NCBI RefSeq assembly: GCF_006345805.1
Contig: NC_043011.1
Coordinates: 58,354,464 to 58,418,463, forward strand
DNA length: 64,000 nucleotides
Direction of reading: 5' to 3'
DNA from: Octopus sinensis
Lineage: Eukaryota
The position numbers were made by a program, and so were the translations under genes. Of the stretch, positions 1 through 13,614 are shown piece after piece (the first letter of the stretch is position 1; each line of letters starts with the position of its first letter). Under the pieces are notes generated by a model. The model was given only the letters and a program-made list of their open reading frames with translations. It did not search any database and was not told the origin of the DNA.

Positions 1-29
1 ACAGAATTGCGTTAATCACACCACTTTCT

Positions 30-2850
30 TTGTGAAAACTTGTACTACTTTATATCTCAGATGTATGATTTGTAGTTTTGCTCAATAACACAAAGAGATG
101 ATGACGCTTCCATAGCGGCTATTTGTTGCTACTAAAAAAAAAAGATCTAGTAACGAATTGATGGTATTCAGAAACGAACCGCCAAACATGTGGTTGGAAG
201 ATCCGTTCTTTCTAGATTGTTTGTTTGCAACTCGCCATTAACATTTATATAAAAAAAACGTTTTAAATATGCGTTTGTGTAGCAAGACACATCCACAGTA
301 TTGTGTGATTTCATCCCCAATCATGTGTTATGGGGTTTGATTGACACTTCACTGAAAATTCTGAAGGATAATATTTTCTTTCGCAAATGGATCGCCCTTA
401 TTTGAAGACCGAACGCTAAGCAAACAATAAGAAAGCATTAATTGCGTTATTATTGTACTCAGTTTTTAATGTGGATCTACTATATACGTGACAGCAAGAA
501 TGATCCAGAAGCCCTACTGCAGTGAATATATAGATTTTATTACAGTTCTCCTCTTGTATTGAATATCAAATTCTTTTCGAAAAGTATGATTCCATGATTG
601 TCATCCCTTCAAAACCAGTTCTGACGAATCAATGGTTCGCTTCTTTTTGACAACTGATATTTAATGCATTTGATTTATCTCCCGTAAATCTGGAATAGTG
701 ATGGAAGCAGTCATATATTAAAATTGCTTGATGTTTGAAATGACGGTGTTCTTGGCAGAAATGATGGATTAACACAATAAATGTCTCTCATTTCCTTATA
801 TTGTGAGTCCATATAGCATCGATTTCAACATTACAGTTCACCCTTCACGCCTCCAGTTCGACAAAATAATAACGGTAATAAACTCGAGTTGATTTAATTG
901 ACTTTAACCTTTATCAGTCAAACCAAAGAACGTTGATGACGCTAAAGATATCACCACTAATATATGGAGGCATTAATACTGTAATAGCATCTCGTAGAGC
1001 TGAACCTATTCATAGATTTTACTTGACAATTTCAAGAAAAATCCATAGAATTTCTTTAGTATACATATAAGACAGGAGTTTCGGAAACAATTGAATAACA
1101 TATATGTGGTGAACGTTTTCAATAGAGAATTGATAAAACTGGTAATCCGATTATCTGTTGGATTAACTGTGAATATTATGCTTACAGGCAGGTTATTCAT
1201 ACAATTATTCGAGCTATAACTGAATAAATAGTTAAAATGATACTACATGCTATTTCATCATTCATTTGATAATATAGACTACGTATACACTGACATGGTC
1301 GAGGTCCTACTACCAGAAATGTATTGCTTGTTTGAGATTTATGTGCCTAGCCTGTAAAGGGAGATTATCGATGATAAAGGAGCACCTTCTACAGATTGTT
1401 TGAAAGGTCACCCAACACAATATGAAATTGCCTAAATGGATCTATAATATAACATTCGAAGATGCACTAATTTATATATAAATGAGTACATCTCTAAACA
1501 TGCCAGTAAATTTCCTATTTCTCAAGATATGTAAGATTTATTTTTTCAGAAAGTTGATAGACTTTGACAAGATAGAGGGAAAATGCAGGCAAATAGGAAG
1601 CAAGCGCACCCACATATAAGAACAATATTCAAAACAATATAAAGATGAGCTGTGCAAAATATTTAAACTTTTCAATACCTTTATTCGCGAACTTATCAAA
1701 TATCATTGGGAAAATTATGATTTTCACAACATTAGACTTACTGAAAATATTAAAAGATTCTTGTGCACAGAAAAATTCTACAGATGCCACCCATCAATTA
1801 AGTCAAATAACAAGCGGCACTAAGTCTTATTTATAATTCTGGATCGCAAAAGAAATCCAGGAACCCACATGTGTAGGATGGTTATTGCTGCTCCGACTGA
1901 TATCAATACTTGACCTGTACGTTAGGATGAAAATCAAGAACAGCATTGGCGGGGTTTGGAACCAGAGACTAAAGGCATGCAACAGAATTTGAAATATTGT
2001 ATACTGCTTTTCATGAGTAGGACATAAAACTCATCCTCTATTTTAATAGAATTTTAAGGATAGCGGCATTATTATTATTATCATCAAATAGCATTGATTA
2101 TACCCTGCTTAATGTGCATGCTTTATAAAATCGCTGTAATACTGAATAATTCCTGGTGTCGCTAAATAACATCAAGTCGGGAAAAAGAATTGGATATTAG
2201 CGACGGATGCATTATTACGAGAGATCTTCTCAGGATGAAATCTATAGTGTTGCGGAGCGGTTTTAATGCATTCACATGAAACGCGATTCAAATATCGTGA
2301 CGGTTATACCTTTGTCGGAATTCATTTGATCGTTCTATAGTTGAATCTATTACAGCATATTACAACACATATTCTAAAACACTGCTTGTTTTTTTTCCCG
2401 TTTGAAAGGGAATATTGATTTGTTGATGATGGGTGGTGTCATGTACACCCGAGAAGCTGATAAAACCCGTTTTTGTTTTATATGCAGCAGAATAGAGTAA
2501 CCCAGTGTCGGGGTAATTCCAACACAGTTTGAAGAAAGTAAAAGTCAACAGATCAAGCGATTTTAATCGAATATTTGTTCATAATTTTTCCATTCAACAT
2601 TAGCTGGCAATTAAGCAACACGTTTGTATTATTTTTCTAGAATGAATTAATTCAACAGAGTCGATTTATCACCGCTGTCGTTTGTTTCAACCACTACATG
2701 ATGACGTCCGTGACGAACTGACAACTGGTTAATGAATTTTCAGTTATTTATATCATGGTGTAATCAACAATTGACTTATTTCTAAGCGGCCTAGTCTAGC
2801 AAGAAGCTTTAGGTAGGTATCGTACAATGGAATTTAACAACAAATGAAAC
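30..2850 (-). mobile_element. Highly degenerate Ty3/Gypsy LTR retrotransposon pol relic (protease-RT-RNaseH-integrase order)
   Basis: Minus-strand translation across stops and frameshifts gives Gypsy-like motifs in the expected order: GVHDTTHH (about 2440, cf. VKHDTTHHI), FSRLDVI (about 2170, cf. FSKLDLV), FKQSVEG (about 1400, cf. FRHFVEG), LLSVRSS (about 420, cf. LLGIRTA). Confidence 0.5.
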
Positions 2851-4195
2851 AGTAAAATATTTTTTTCTAACTCTGCAGAATTTAAAAAACCTTATGTGAA
2901 ATTTTGAAAACCTTATCATATGAAAAAAATTATTTATATGAAGAGTAACTGGTGACTACGGTATAAACATTAATTTCTGTTCTGAAACTGGTTGTAGGAA
3001 TTTAAAGCCAAATTTGAATACGGAGTGATACAAGAAAATATAGAAATTATGGATAAGAAAGTGAAAGAAATTGTGAAAAAAGAATACTAAACTGGAAACC
3101 AAACCCAACCACCTAGATGGTGTTAAAGGATTCTGGTTAAAAAACCTTTCTGTTATACACCATATATGATCGCTTTTACTGAATCTAACATGGTCGACAC
3201 GAGGAAGGATAAAGCGGAGAGAGACGGATAATGAACGTGTGCGAAAGTCATCAGTTATATTACTATTACTTGTTTACCCTAACGCTGAAAGTAATTAACT
3301 GGCCTTAGAGTAGATGAAATCTATATTTTTCTGTACAAGGATAATTTTCTAGGAAAGGATAATTTATTGCCAGTGGATGAAAACGGATTCAGAAAGAAGT
3401 AAAGGGGAGATTGCTGATCTGCTGTATTTAGATAGGAATATATTAAATGAAAAGCGAGTAATAAAGGATTTAAGTGTTGGCTAGATGGATTACCGGATGG
3501 CTTGGGCCAATGTTCCATACATCCGGTTCTTGGCGTGCCTAAGAAACAACGGAATCAATGAAAAGATAACCGGTTTGTTGGAAAAAGTAATGAGAATGTG
3601 TTAAGTAGAACTGACATGTGCAAATGAATCACTAGGAAACGTGAAAGTACCCAGAAAATTTCGAAAGACATTTGCTTTCTCCACTACACTTCATTAATGT
3701 GTTAATTCACCTGACATCTATACTGAAAAAAATCAGGCCTGATTAAGAGTTTTCCAAAACGCAGGTGACAATATATCCCTGCTTTATATGGATGACATCA
3801 ACGTGTATACAAAATAATGTGGATTATCTGATCCGGATAGCGAAATTATTCATCATGGATATTGGTATGCAATTCGGGGTAGATAAATGCGCAATACGAA
3901 TTATGAAGTGAGGCAGGAAGATAAATCCTGATCACATAAAATTACCACAACATTAGATCGTTGCGGAACATTGAAGGGTACTATATCTCGGTGTGATACA
4001 AGACGGTAGATAAAGGAAAGAAAATAAGAATTCTATAAAAAGTACAAGAATTATGAATGTGCGCGAAACACAATTTTAATGGAGCGAATATCATTAAAAC
4101 AATGAATCCATGGATTATGCCAATATAAAGATACTCTTTAGGGCTTGTCAATACCATGTGTTCATAGGCAGCCAAATACATAGATGATATAATAG

Positions 4196-4593
4196 CAGCG
4201 AACTGGCCGAAAGGTTAGCGCGCCGGGCTAAATTCTTAGTGGTATTTCGTCTGCCGTTACGTTGTGAGTTCAAATTCAGCCGAGGTCGACTTTCCTTTCA
4301 TCCTTTCGGGGTCGATTAAATAAGTACCAGTTACGGACTGGGATCGATGTAATCGACTTAATCCGTTTGTCTGTCCTTGTTTTTCCTCTCTGTGTTTAGC
4401 CCCTTGTGAGTAGTAAAGAAATAGGTATTTCGCCTGTGTTTACGTTCTGATTTCTAATTCCACGGAAGTCGACTTTGCGTTTCATCTTTTCGGGGTGGAT
4501 AAATTAAGTACCAGTTGCGTACTGTGGGTCAAACTAATCGACTGATCCCTTCCCCCAAATTTGCGGGCCTTGTGCGTAGAGTAGAAAGGAATA
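4196..4593 (+). mobile_element. tRNA-headed SINE family A, dimeric copy
   Basis: Two tandem units of gagttcaaatt...gaggtcgactt...tttcggggtcgat...taagtaccagtt; same structure at 36770 and 50834. Confidence 0.85.
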
Positions 4594-5130
4594 TAAAGAT
4601 GTTCTACTCCCTTTCTGAATTGGACAAATGTCGAGTTTAAAATATTTGATAGAACTAGAAAGCTGTTTACAATGCACAACACACTCCACCTTAACAGTAA
4701 TACTTACCAAAAATGGAATTATTAGATGGAGAAGACTATTCGTACCATAATATTGAGGCTGAAAACTCGTTGTCCGGAGTGAAGGAAGAACACTCTAGGA
4801 GCTAGAGAAGGTCAAACAGTGTCTGAAATCGTAGAATTATTCAAAAACATAACGAAGAACAGAACAAGCAAATGGGAAGATATAGAATTATACCGCAAAT
4901 TCATGCCACAAACCAAAAAGTCTGAAAGTAAATCACGCTGGCTCTTTGCTGACCAATCTAGAGCGAGAGAACAAGGCGATAACTATAGCTATTCAGGAAC
5001 AAGCTGTTAAAACAATCTTGATAGAGGAAGTGGTCAACATAGCTCAGTCAGACAGCAAACACAGAACCTGCAGTAAAGAACACTAAAGTATCAACCATCT
5101 TAAGAGCCAGTGCAATATACTTATATAAAA

Positions 5131-5439
5131 GTACAGGCATGGCTGTGTAGGCAAACGAGTGCATTCTTATGTTAACCGATTCTGTTGATTGAAACTAGCA
5201 GAAAATTAAGAACAGGAAACAGAGGCTGTGGATAAAAATGAGAATTACAGGTTCTTGTGAGACTCTCCCATAAAAGCCGACCATTCCGTTTCTTAGCGGT
5301 TCGGCAAAAGAGACCAATAAAATAAGTACTGGGCTTACAAAAGAAAAAGTCCCAGGGTCGAGTTGCTCGATTAAAGGCGGTGATCCAGCATGGCCGCAGT
5401 CAAATGACTGAAACAAGTAAAAGAGTAAAAAAAAAGAGT
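5131..5439 (+). mobile_element. SINE family B, internally deleted copy
   Basis: Head ggcatggctgtgt and tail ggcggtgatccagcatggccgcagtcaaatgactgaaacaagtaaaagag match the other family B copies. Confidence 0.8.
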
Positions 5440-5829
5440 ATACCTTTGAAGCAAGTGGGCCAGACGTGATGATAGAGTGCAAAATAAGCAAACAATGCAA
5501 TATAATGGGTTCTGCAATTAATTCCTTATCATAGCCGAGTCGATAGTAAAGGAATTGAAACAAAATGAGAAAAACCAAGATCGAGCTAGAGAACTGAAGT
5601 GACTGAGGAAGACTAAGACAGCAATTATTCCAGTGTGTTGAGTGGTGCACTTGGCACAGCAAAAACAATGCTACCAAAAACACATTGGAATTGAAATTCG
5701 CACTGTCAACTTGCAGAAAAGTACCAGTCAACATTCTGCAAGAATCCTTAGGAAAACTCCTGAAATTTCAGGAGAATTGTTGGTACCATATTTCAAATAA
5801 ATAAATAAATAAAATAAAATAAAATAAAA

Positions 5830-6300
5830 AGCGAACTTGTTAACTAAATGTGTTGAGATGAATTCTTTGGGATTTGAATATTTCAACTCTGGAAACATAA
5901 CTGTTGATCCTGTTGTGATTTTGCGTGTGTGAAATTGCGCCTCCACCTGAGTGAACCATATCTCGGCTCGTTTCGGTCAGAATTGTGGAAGTTGTAATGA
6001 TGTGGTGTAATCGCTTGGCATGTTTTTTTATTTCTTTACTTTGATACTTGCAGCGAAACCTGTTGTTCTTGTGTGGCGTCACAAATTATAGCTTCAGTTC
6101 AGCTATATATAAAAGTCAACAGAGAGCAAAAATGCCGTGAGTGCGAATTGGAGGCCTTCTTCACTGCCTTCCAGCGCAATAGCTGACCACAAGGAAGTTC
6201 CTTCTACGGCTCGTAAGTCCTTCGGAGCCATCATACTCGTTTGCCTCGTATAAGAATTTAAGTATTGGACTTAAAAACCTAAAAGTACATACGTATGTAT
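5830..6300 (-). mobile_element. Gypsy gag N-terminus fragment and probable LTR/PBS region
   Basis: Minus strand reads LQLPQF*PKRAEIWFTQVEAQFHTRKIT, matching the Gypsy gag motif LPPFW...WFAQVEAQF..R.IT; PBS-like ttgtgacgcc just upstream. Confidence 0.65.
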
Positions 6301-6889
6301 TTAAGTACTGGGTTAATTAAATACGTTCTAACCTATTAAATATATTTCTCTGTGATAAAACCAGTGAATGTTGATGACCAACACCCTAAATACTATTGAA
6401 TACAAAACTTCTCCGGATTTTAGTATATTTAGAGCAAATTTCATCTCACGTTTGGCCATTGAATACATTCGCTTTCTCCCCAACGAATAGAACATGGTGT
6501 AATATAGTCACTGCCTGAAGAGACCTAATGGAAAGATAATAAGTACACTGGTTTAAATCATCAAAAATGATGGTTTCTCAAAAGAATATTTGTATACTAA
6601 TTTCTCAAACAACTATGAAACATATCAAGATATGACTAAAGAATATAAAAAATCTGGAACACTAATACAACAAACACGTTTTTTTCTATTCATGCTCTTC
6701 GTTTTTCCTCTTTAATTTGTGTAATTCTTTAGATTTATGTTTTACATATTTCGTAAACAACTACGTACAGACAAATTTTATCACAAATACTTTTTCTATG
6801 ATGTATTTTACACATCTTTTAGTCTAAAGTTGCTCTGTTTTTGCTTAACTCTTCTATGTCTTCTATCTTTGTATGTTATTTTCTTATAG

Positions 6890-6930
6890 ACACACATACA
6901 GAAGCACACACACACACATGCCTATATATA

Positions 6931-7007
<77 letters not shown>

Positions 7008-7068
7008 ATGTATATATACACATATATACATATATATACACATATACATGTATATATATATACATACT

Positions 7069-7112
<44 letters not shown>

Positions 7113-7375
7113 TATATGTGTGTATGTCTGAGTATATATATATACTAGTAATAGATTTTCATAAAATGTTTTCGAAAACTTAGGCATAGAACATTATTGT
7201 TTCACGACGTTGTAATTTACATATGCACACAAACACACCGCATACACATACACACATCGACCTATATATATATATATTATATAATATGTTTATATATATA
7301 TATATATATATATACTATGTATGTATGTATATTATATATATATATATATATCTATATATATATATATATACTATG

Positions 7376-7415
<40 letters not shown>

Positions 7416-7470
7416 CACACATCGACCTATATATATGTTTATATATATGTATATATATATATATATACTG
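6890..7470. repeat. Compound (TA)n/(CA)n microsatellite block
   Basis: Directly visible dinucleotide arrays. Confidence 0.95.
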
Positions 7471-7824
7471 TATATAAATTTAAAATGCGGGTGAGAAATT
7501 AGATATTAATTTAATTAACATCCATTTCACACCAGTGGTCCAGCATATTAAAATCACAGAAGGTTCAGTAAAACTGTACTATATACATATTAGAGGGAAA
7601 CCACTATGTGGATACCCTTATACTAGAAATAGATCCGCTACGGTCTTACCATTAAGAAATGTCCCCAAGAAAAATTCAGTAAAACGACCAAAACGTAATC
7701 GAGTAAGACAAAAGAAAAAGCAATAAAAATATGGATTATTCGCATTCATGTTTCACTATTAACATATTACGTAATTTTACTTACATAAATGTCCGTAGAT
7801 CATACTATATATGTATATATATAT

Positions 7825-7905
<81 letters not shown>

Positions 7906-7970
7906 TAGATAGATAGATAGATAGAAGATAGATAGATAGATGATAGATAGAGATAGATAGATAGATAGAT

Positions 7971-8372
7971 AGGCATAGGAGTGGCTGTGTGGTAAGTAGC
8001 TTGCTTACGAACCACATGGTTCCGGGTTCAGTCCTTGAGCAAGTATCTTCTGCTATAGCCTCGGGTCGAGCAAAGCCTTGTGAGTGGATTTGGTAGACGG
8101 AAACTGAAAGAAGCCCGTCGTATATATGTATATATATGTATGTGTGTGTGACTGTGTGTTTGTGTGTCTGTATTTGTCCCCCACAACATCGCTTGTCAAC
8201 CGATGCTGGTGTGTTTACGTCCCCGTAACTTAGCGGTTCGGTAAAGGAGACCGATAGAATAAGTACTAGGCTTACAAATAATAAGTCCTGGGGTCGATTT
8301 TCTCGACTAAAGGTGGTGCTCCAGCATGGCCACAGTCAAATGACTAAAACAAGTAAAAGAGTAAAGAGTAAA

Positions 8373-8373
<1 letters not shown>
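7971..8373 (+). mobile_element. SINE family B, near full length
   Basis: aggcataggagtggctgtgtggtaagtagcttgc head, central gtggatttggtagacggaaactgaaagaagcccgtc, tail aaacaagtaaaagagtaaagag; preceded by (GATA)n. Confidence 0.9.
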
Positions 8374-8426
<53 letters not shown>

Positions 8427-8699
8427 TATAATATACAATAATGTTTGAAAAGCTACAAAATATATGAATGTAGCATAAGTATTGTATTAGAAAGAATAGG
8501 GCACGGTAACTATTGGGTGAATTGTAGAAAGTTGGAGAACTGCTTACGTCCAATAAATAACATGTCTTTATTTCAAAATATATCATGAAAATACAAGTGA
8601 AGATTGAAATATCTATGGCTGTATTTTAGGGTGGGGAATGACTTATCAGCATTCTTAAGTCCTGGACATACTAAACTGTTTATCGTACGTTTAAAGCAC

Positions 8700-9200
8700 T
8701 TCTGAAGAAATAAGAATTGCATAATAATATACATAAATATGAAATTCCATAAAGATATATCCGTCAATTCCCAAATATGACGGATGCTTTGCTTGCAGAA
8801 TAAAAGAATGGCACATTTACTAAGCTAATTCTACAAACTGGCCATGGAATATATAAGAGACGGTGTGATAATGTGACTCGGATAGTTCTCTTGGAATTAC
8901 GTTTTTAAAAAATTGAGCAGAAAGATATGAACATTGGTATTTTAAGTGATATTAAATATACGAAAATCCGATTGCAAATCGACATTCAATGCGAGACGAG
9001 ATAATATAAAAAAGGCCAGCTTCCTTAAAATTATCGACTTTGCAATAAATACCTTGTTATTAACGAACAATAAACTGCTGTCAATGTGGGTGGCATCTAA
9101 TAGTTTAAGCATCGTTTAACTATGATAGGAGTTAAAACTAGGATTGGACACTTTAGAAAATATACTTTTATATGACTGGAGAGCGACAGAACGAGAGATG
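8700..9200 (+). mobile_element. Degenerate R4/Dong-type LINE 3' relic
   Basis: YKRRCDNVTRIVLLEL (about 8850, cf. YKRRHDNVARIVHWEL), KIRLQIDIQCE (about 8965), IGVKTRIGHFRK (about 9125). Confidence 0.65.
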
Positions 9201-9598
9201 GGTCAGTATAAAAAAACATAATACGAAATTGTGTTGAAATGCGTTAGTACCGAAAATTGAGAATTGGAACTACGCTCCGAAGGTAAAATCAGCATTTTGA
9301 AAATATTTCAAATGAAATAAGGAAATGGTGCATCAATAATGCTATTTGCAAAACTTATAAAAAATAAAATACCTAAAGGTTTTGTGCAATAAATTCAAAT
9401 ATAGAGGGCGGTGTTGTAGAGTTATCACATACATATTTCCTTTCGTCTCGACTCACTTCCAAATTGTTTTTCGATATTACTGATGCCTTAGAAGTTAAAT
9501 CATTTCAGCATAATTTCATAAAAGCTAATGGCTTATCGGAAAAGTAAACTGGAGCGAAGAATATGTGCATTTTATGCATTTATAATATTCATTTATCA

Positions 9599-9655
<57 letters not shown>

Positions 9656-10415
9656 ATATATATATATATATATGTTCGTATACTTACTATAACAACATCG
9701 ATGTTACTTGTATGCAAACCACTAACAATAAAAAGTCAGGAGATTTGCTGTGATAAAATATATTGAAATAGTCGATGGTCTCGTGGTTTAACAGCTTTAT
9801 TGTACTTTTAAACTGAGGCGACAAACCTCTTGGTGAGAAGACCAAAACGTACATGAAATATTACGCTTCGTGCGCTTTGTGTCTACTATGTTTGTATTAC
9901 ATGAATGAACACCAAACTGGAACTAATTCCCTCCTACCATTAAAGAAATTATCCTTTTGCATTTTATTAACCGGTCTACGATTCAGGGTCATTCATCTAT
10001 TTTTCAATTACAAGGTGTCATCCCTTAAGATATCACTCGTGCGTGATTATGAATTCCTAATACCATCGACTTTATACAATGAAGTGTTTCGTTGTGTGGA
10101 ATAGAATTTACTCCAGCTGATTGTCGAGATTTTTACTGCAGAGATTATGGCAAATGGTCATTAGTGTCGAACAAATACGATAAAACGGAGAATAGTAATG
10201 GTCCAGGCTGTCAAAGATACGAGAAAGGCGTACAAATGGCGGATTAGTAAGTAAATCTGACTAGTACACAATTTCCGGTGTTTCCCGCTGGCAAAATTCG
10301 GCACATCGTTCTCGTATGTCACTTCATTACATCGTGTTTAACTTTCGTTTTCTTTACTTTGAAGCTGACCTATATCGATACTGGACAAATGATGGAAGTA
10401 GGTTGACTGTTGTAC

Positions 10416-10471
10416 TTTATACACACATACACACACACACATATGTATATATATATATGTATATATATGTA

Positions 10472-10523
<52 letters not shown>

Positions 10524-10577
10524 CGTGTATATATATATATATGCATATACGTATGACTATATATATATATGTGTGTA

Positions 10578-10608
<31 letters not shown>

Positions 10609-10662
10609 GTGTACATATATATGTGTGTGTGTATATACATATATATATATATGTATGTATAT

Positions 10663-10716
<54 letters not shown>

Positions 10717-10868
10717 TGTGTGTGTATATATATATGCATATATATATATGTATATATATATGTATATACGTATATATATATGTATATGTGTATATATATG
10801 TATATATATATGCATATATATGTATATATATATATGTATATTCGTATATATATATGTATATGTGTATA

Positions 10869-10911
<43 letters not shown>

Positions 10912-10956
10912 GTGTATATATATATGTATATATATATATGTGTATATATATATATA

Positions 10957-10995
<39 letters not shown>

Positions 10996-11004
10996 TATAT
11001 ATGC
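10416..11004. repeat. About 590 bp (TA)n/(TG)n microsatellite
   Basis: Directly visible; source of several spurious YIYI ORFs. Confidence 0.95.
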
Positions 11005-11014
11005 ACGCATTTTT

Positions 11015-11190
11015 TTTCTCTCCTTCTTTCTGTGTTTTTTTTCTCTCTGTGTATCTTTCTGTTGAAGAGCGTAGGCTCGAAACGATAAAGACTTGTTTTA
11101 TTTATATTTCCTGAGCGCCATACTAATACAATTGTTTGTTTGTTTCCACCTGCCTTCGTCTTTTGTCTATTTTCATAAAGCTTTCCCTTA
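11015..11190 (+). mobile_element. Penelope-like terminal fragment with degenerate hammerhead-like motif
   Basis: ctgttga-a-gagc-gtag-gctc-gaaa-cg at 11059-11084; homologous to 49020-49165; TA arrays on both sides. Confidence 0.55.
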
Positions 11191-11265
11191 TATATATATA
11201 TATATTATATAATATATATATATATATACAGACACACACACACACACACACACCACACACACACA

Positions 11266-11316
<51 letters not shown>

Positions 11317-11317
<1 letters not shown>

Positions 11318-11482
11318 GGCGCATGCCTGGTTGGCTGGTAAGAAGCTTCCTTCCCAACTATATGGTTCTGTGTTCAATCCCACTGCGTGACATCTTGGGA
11401 AAGTGGCTTCTACTATAGCCTGACGCCAACCAAATACTTCTAAGTGGATTTGGTAGGCGGAAACTGAAAGAAGCCCGTCGTA

Positions 11483-11538
<56 letters not shown>

Positions 11539-11748
11539 GTGTGTGTGTGTGTGTGTGCGTGTGTGTGCGTGTGTGTCTGTGTTTGTACTTACGTCTCTGT
11601 GAGTTAGCGGTTCGGCATAACAAACCGACAGAATAAGTACCAGACTTATAGAAATTAAATAATGCGGTTGATATATTTGACTAAAATTTCTTCAAGGTCG
11701 TGCCGCAGAATGGCCGCAGTCTAATGATCGAAACAAAAGATAGAAGAT
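11317..11748 (+). mobile_element. SINE family B with expanded internal TA/TG repeat
   Basis: Head, central gtggatttggtaggcggaaactgaaagaagcccgtc and tail all match family B. Confidence 0.85.
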
Positions 11749-11818
11749 AAAACACACACATATATACATATCTATCTGTATGTGTATACATAAATACAGA
11801 GATGGAAAATGCTGTATG

Positions 11819-11864
<46 letters not shown>

Positions 11865-12499
11865 TATATACATACACACACACACAATCTTTGAGGTCTG
11901 GTGAATTCGTATTTTCCTCCTTACATACCTACACCTACATACAATTAGATTGATAAATTAATAGACGCAATTACACAGAAATTTTAGAAAAAATCGTTCA
12001 AATATCTTTATAATTAAAGTTGGACACACACACACACACATATATATACAAATGTTTATACATGCATGTGAGTGTGGGAGACAGAGAGAGATAGGGAGGG
12101 AGAGAGGGTGATAGATAGAATGTGTGAGTTTATGTACATGCATATATATATATATATATACTATATGTACAAGTTAGGCGAGTGTATGTGTGAATATATG
12201 TATGTACCTGGTGTGAAATAACGATTTTTCTTCTGGCTGGAAGCAGGTAAGTGCAATGAAGTTATGCAAGTACAGTAATCGAAGAAGTGTGAAGATATAT
12301 ATTCCAAGATTACGTTGACAGAGGAATGTGGAGACTAACATAGCGATGAATGATTGTAGTCGAGCAAAACGACCTTGGTACATATTTGTTTAAATTCTGG
12401 GACACATTCTGTAAGTCACTTTTGCTGACCCCTCAAGTTACTGGACTTAACTTTATATTGCTTGTCTAGCAGTGAGTGAATTCAAACACATACGTTATT

Positions 12500-12501
<2 letters not shown>

Positions 12502-12559
<58 letters not shown>

Positions 12560-12562
12560 ACA
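12502..12562. repeat. (CA)n microsatellite
   Basis: Directly visible. Confidence 0.95.
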
Positions 12563-13570
12563 TTGGTAAGGGCTGTCTGTTGACCAAGGTTTCTCACACT
12601 ATATTAGTCTATAGTGGAAATAACTTATCGGAAACACTTGTCTAGGGGCTAAGTTCTTAAAACACAAAGGTGTATCAGTTGCGTATTCACCTATAACAAT
12701 TTGCCTCTAATACATTCTTGCTTTCATAATTATTAAATTCAAAGAAACCAACAAATATAAACGGCATAAATTGACACGCAAAATTTGAATGTCTGTTATC
12801 TCTTGCAGCATACATGCACTCGTTACAGCTTCTTTTTACGTACACGATTAGTTATCCGATCAAAGAAAAGGAACGTGGGTTGGCAGAAGCGGTTAATCTC
12901 ATCTACTTCAGTGACAGCTTAGAATTTCCTCGAAAAAGGAATGGTAAAATAATAAAGAATATTGAACTGGTGCCGATTCCTGTGACGCTACACCATTTTC
13001 AAACATTGTCTTTTGCATAATGAAAAGAAATAGATATTTATTTTGCGTAATTTGTTTTGGAACAATGCCATTGCGTTGATGATGCACACGTGACATGGTT
13101 TCAAGTTAGCTTGCATTGATTCTAAAGCTATCTTAATTATTTAATATATACACGTCAATACTGGTACAACCCATAGAGGAAACGATTTAATCTTGCAAAA
13201 GAAATTATATTTAAACTTGTTGTAAGCATGCAACGCTGACTACATTAAACCCGGTGAGATTTAAGCAGGATCAAAATTGCAATGATTTTGTTGTTGTCTG
13301 AATCACAGGGATTTAATTCTCACTGTGATTTAATACATAACGATCTCTAATACATTCCTGCAAACACTATTCTATACACATATATACACTCATACACACA
13401 CTGACATACTCTAGTGTTAACTTCAAAATCTTACAAATTTTGAATCATCGAATTAGTTGTAAAATGTATTTCCCCGTGGGCCTGGTGTGGAAACGTATGT
13501 GCCATTACTTGCTTCTAATTTTCAATGTTTACAATGTGTAATATAACAACTTCCTGTTTCTCAAACATAC

Positions 13571-13614
13571 CTGTTGCATGCAAATAATATCGTCGGATAA
13601 TCTCATACGCATCC
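13571..13614 (-). other. Candidate 44-nt micro-exon of the minus-strand host gene
   Basis: ttatttttcaag|GGATGCG...GCAACAG|gtatgt; open in two frames (DAYEIIRRYYLHAT or MRMRLSDDIICMQQ). Confidence 0.25.

Larger units (their letters stand above)
2950..5830 (+). mobile_element. Degenerate R4/Dong-type (restriction-like endonuclease) LINE, interrupted by two SINEs
   Basis: DGVKGFWLKNL (about 3115), LLYMDD with YMDD at 3785-3796, DIGMQFGVDKC (about 3860), LNGANIIKTMN (about 4080), DRTRKLFTMH (about 4650), RPD and ARILRK C-terminal motifs (5460-5760), (TAAA)n tail at about 5795-5830. Confidence 0.85.

Noticed and set aside
5195-5734. 179-aa hydrophobic ORF
   Set aside because: Antisense read-through of a SINE and the LINE endonuclease region
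12750-13330. Possible Tc1/mariner relic on the minus strand
   Set aside because: Only vague motif resemblance; not supportable without a search
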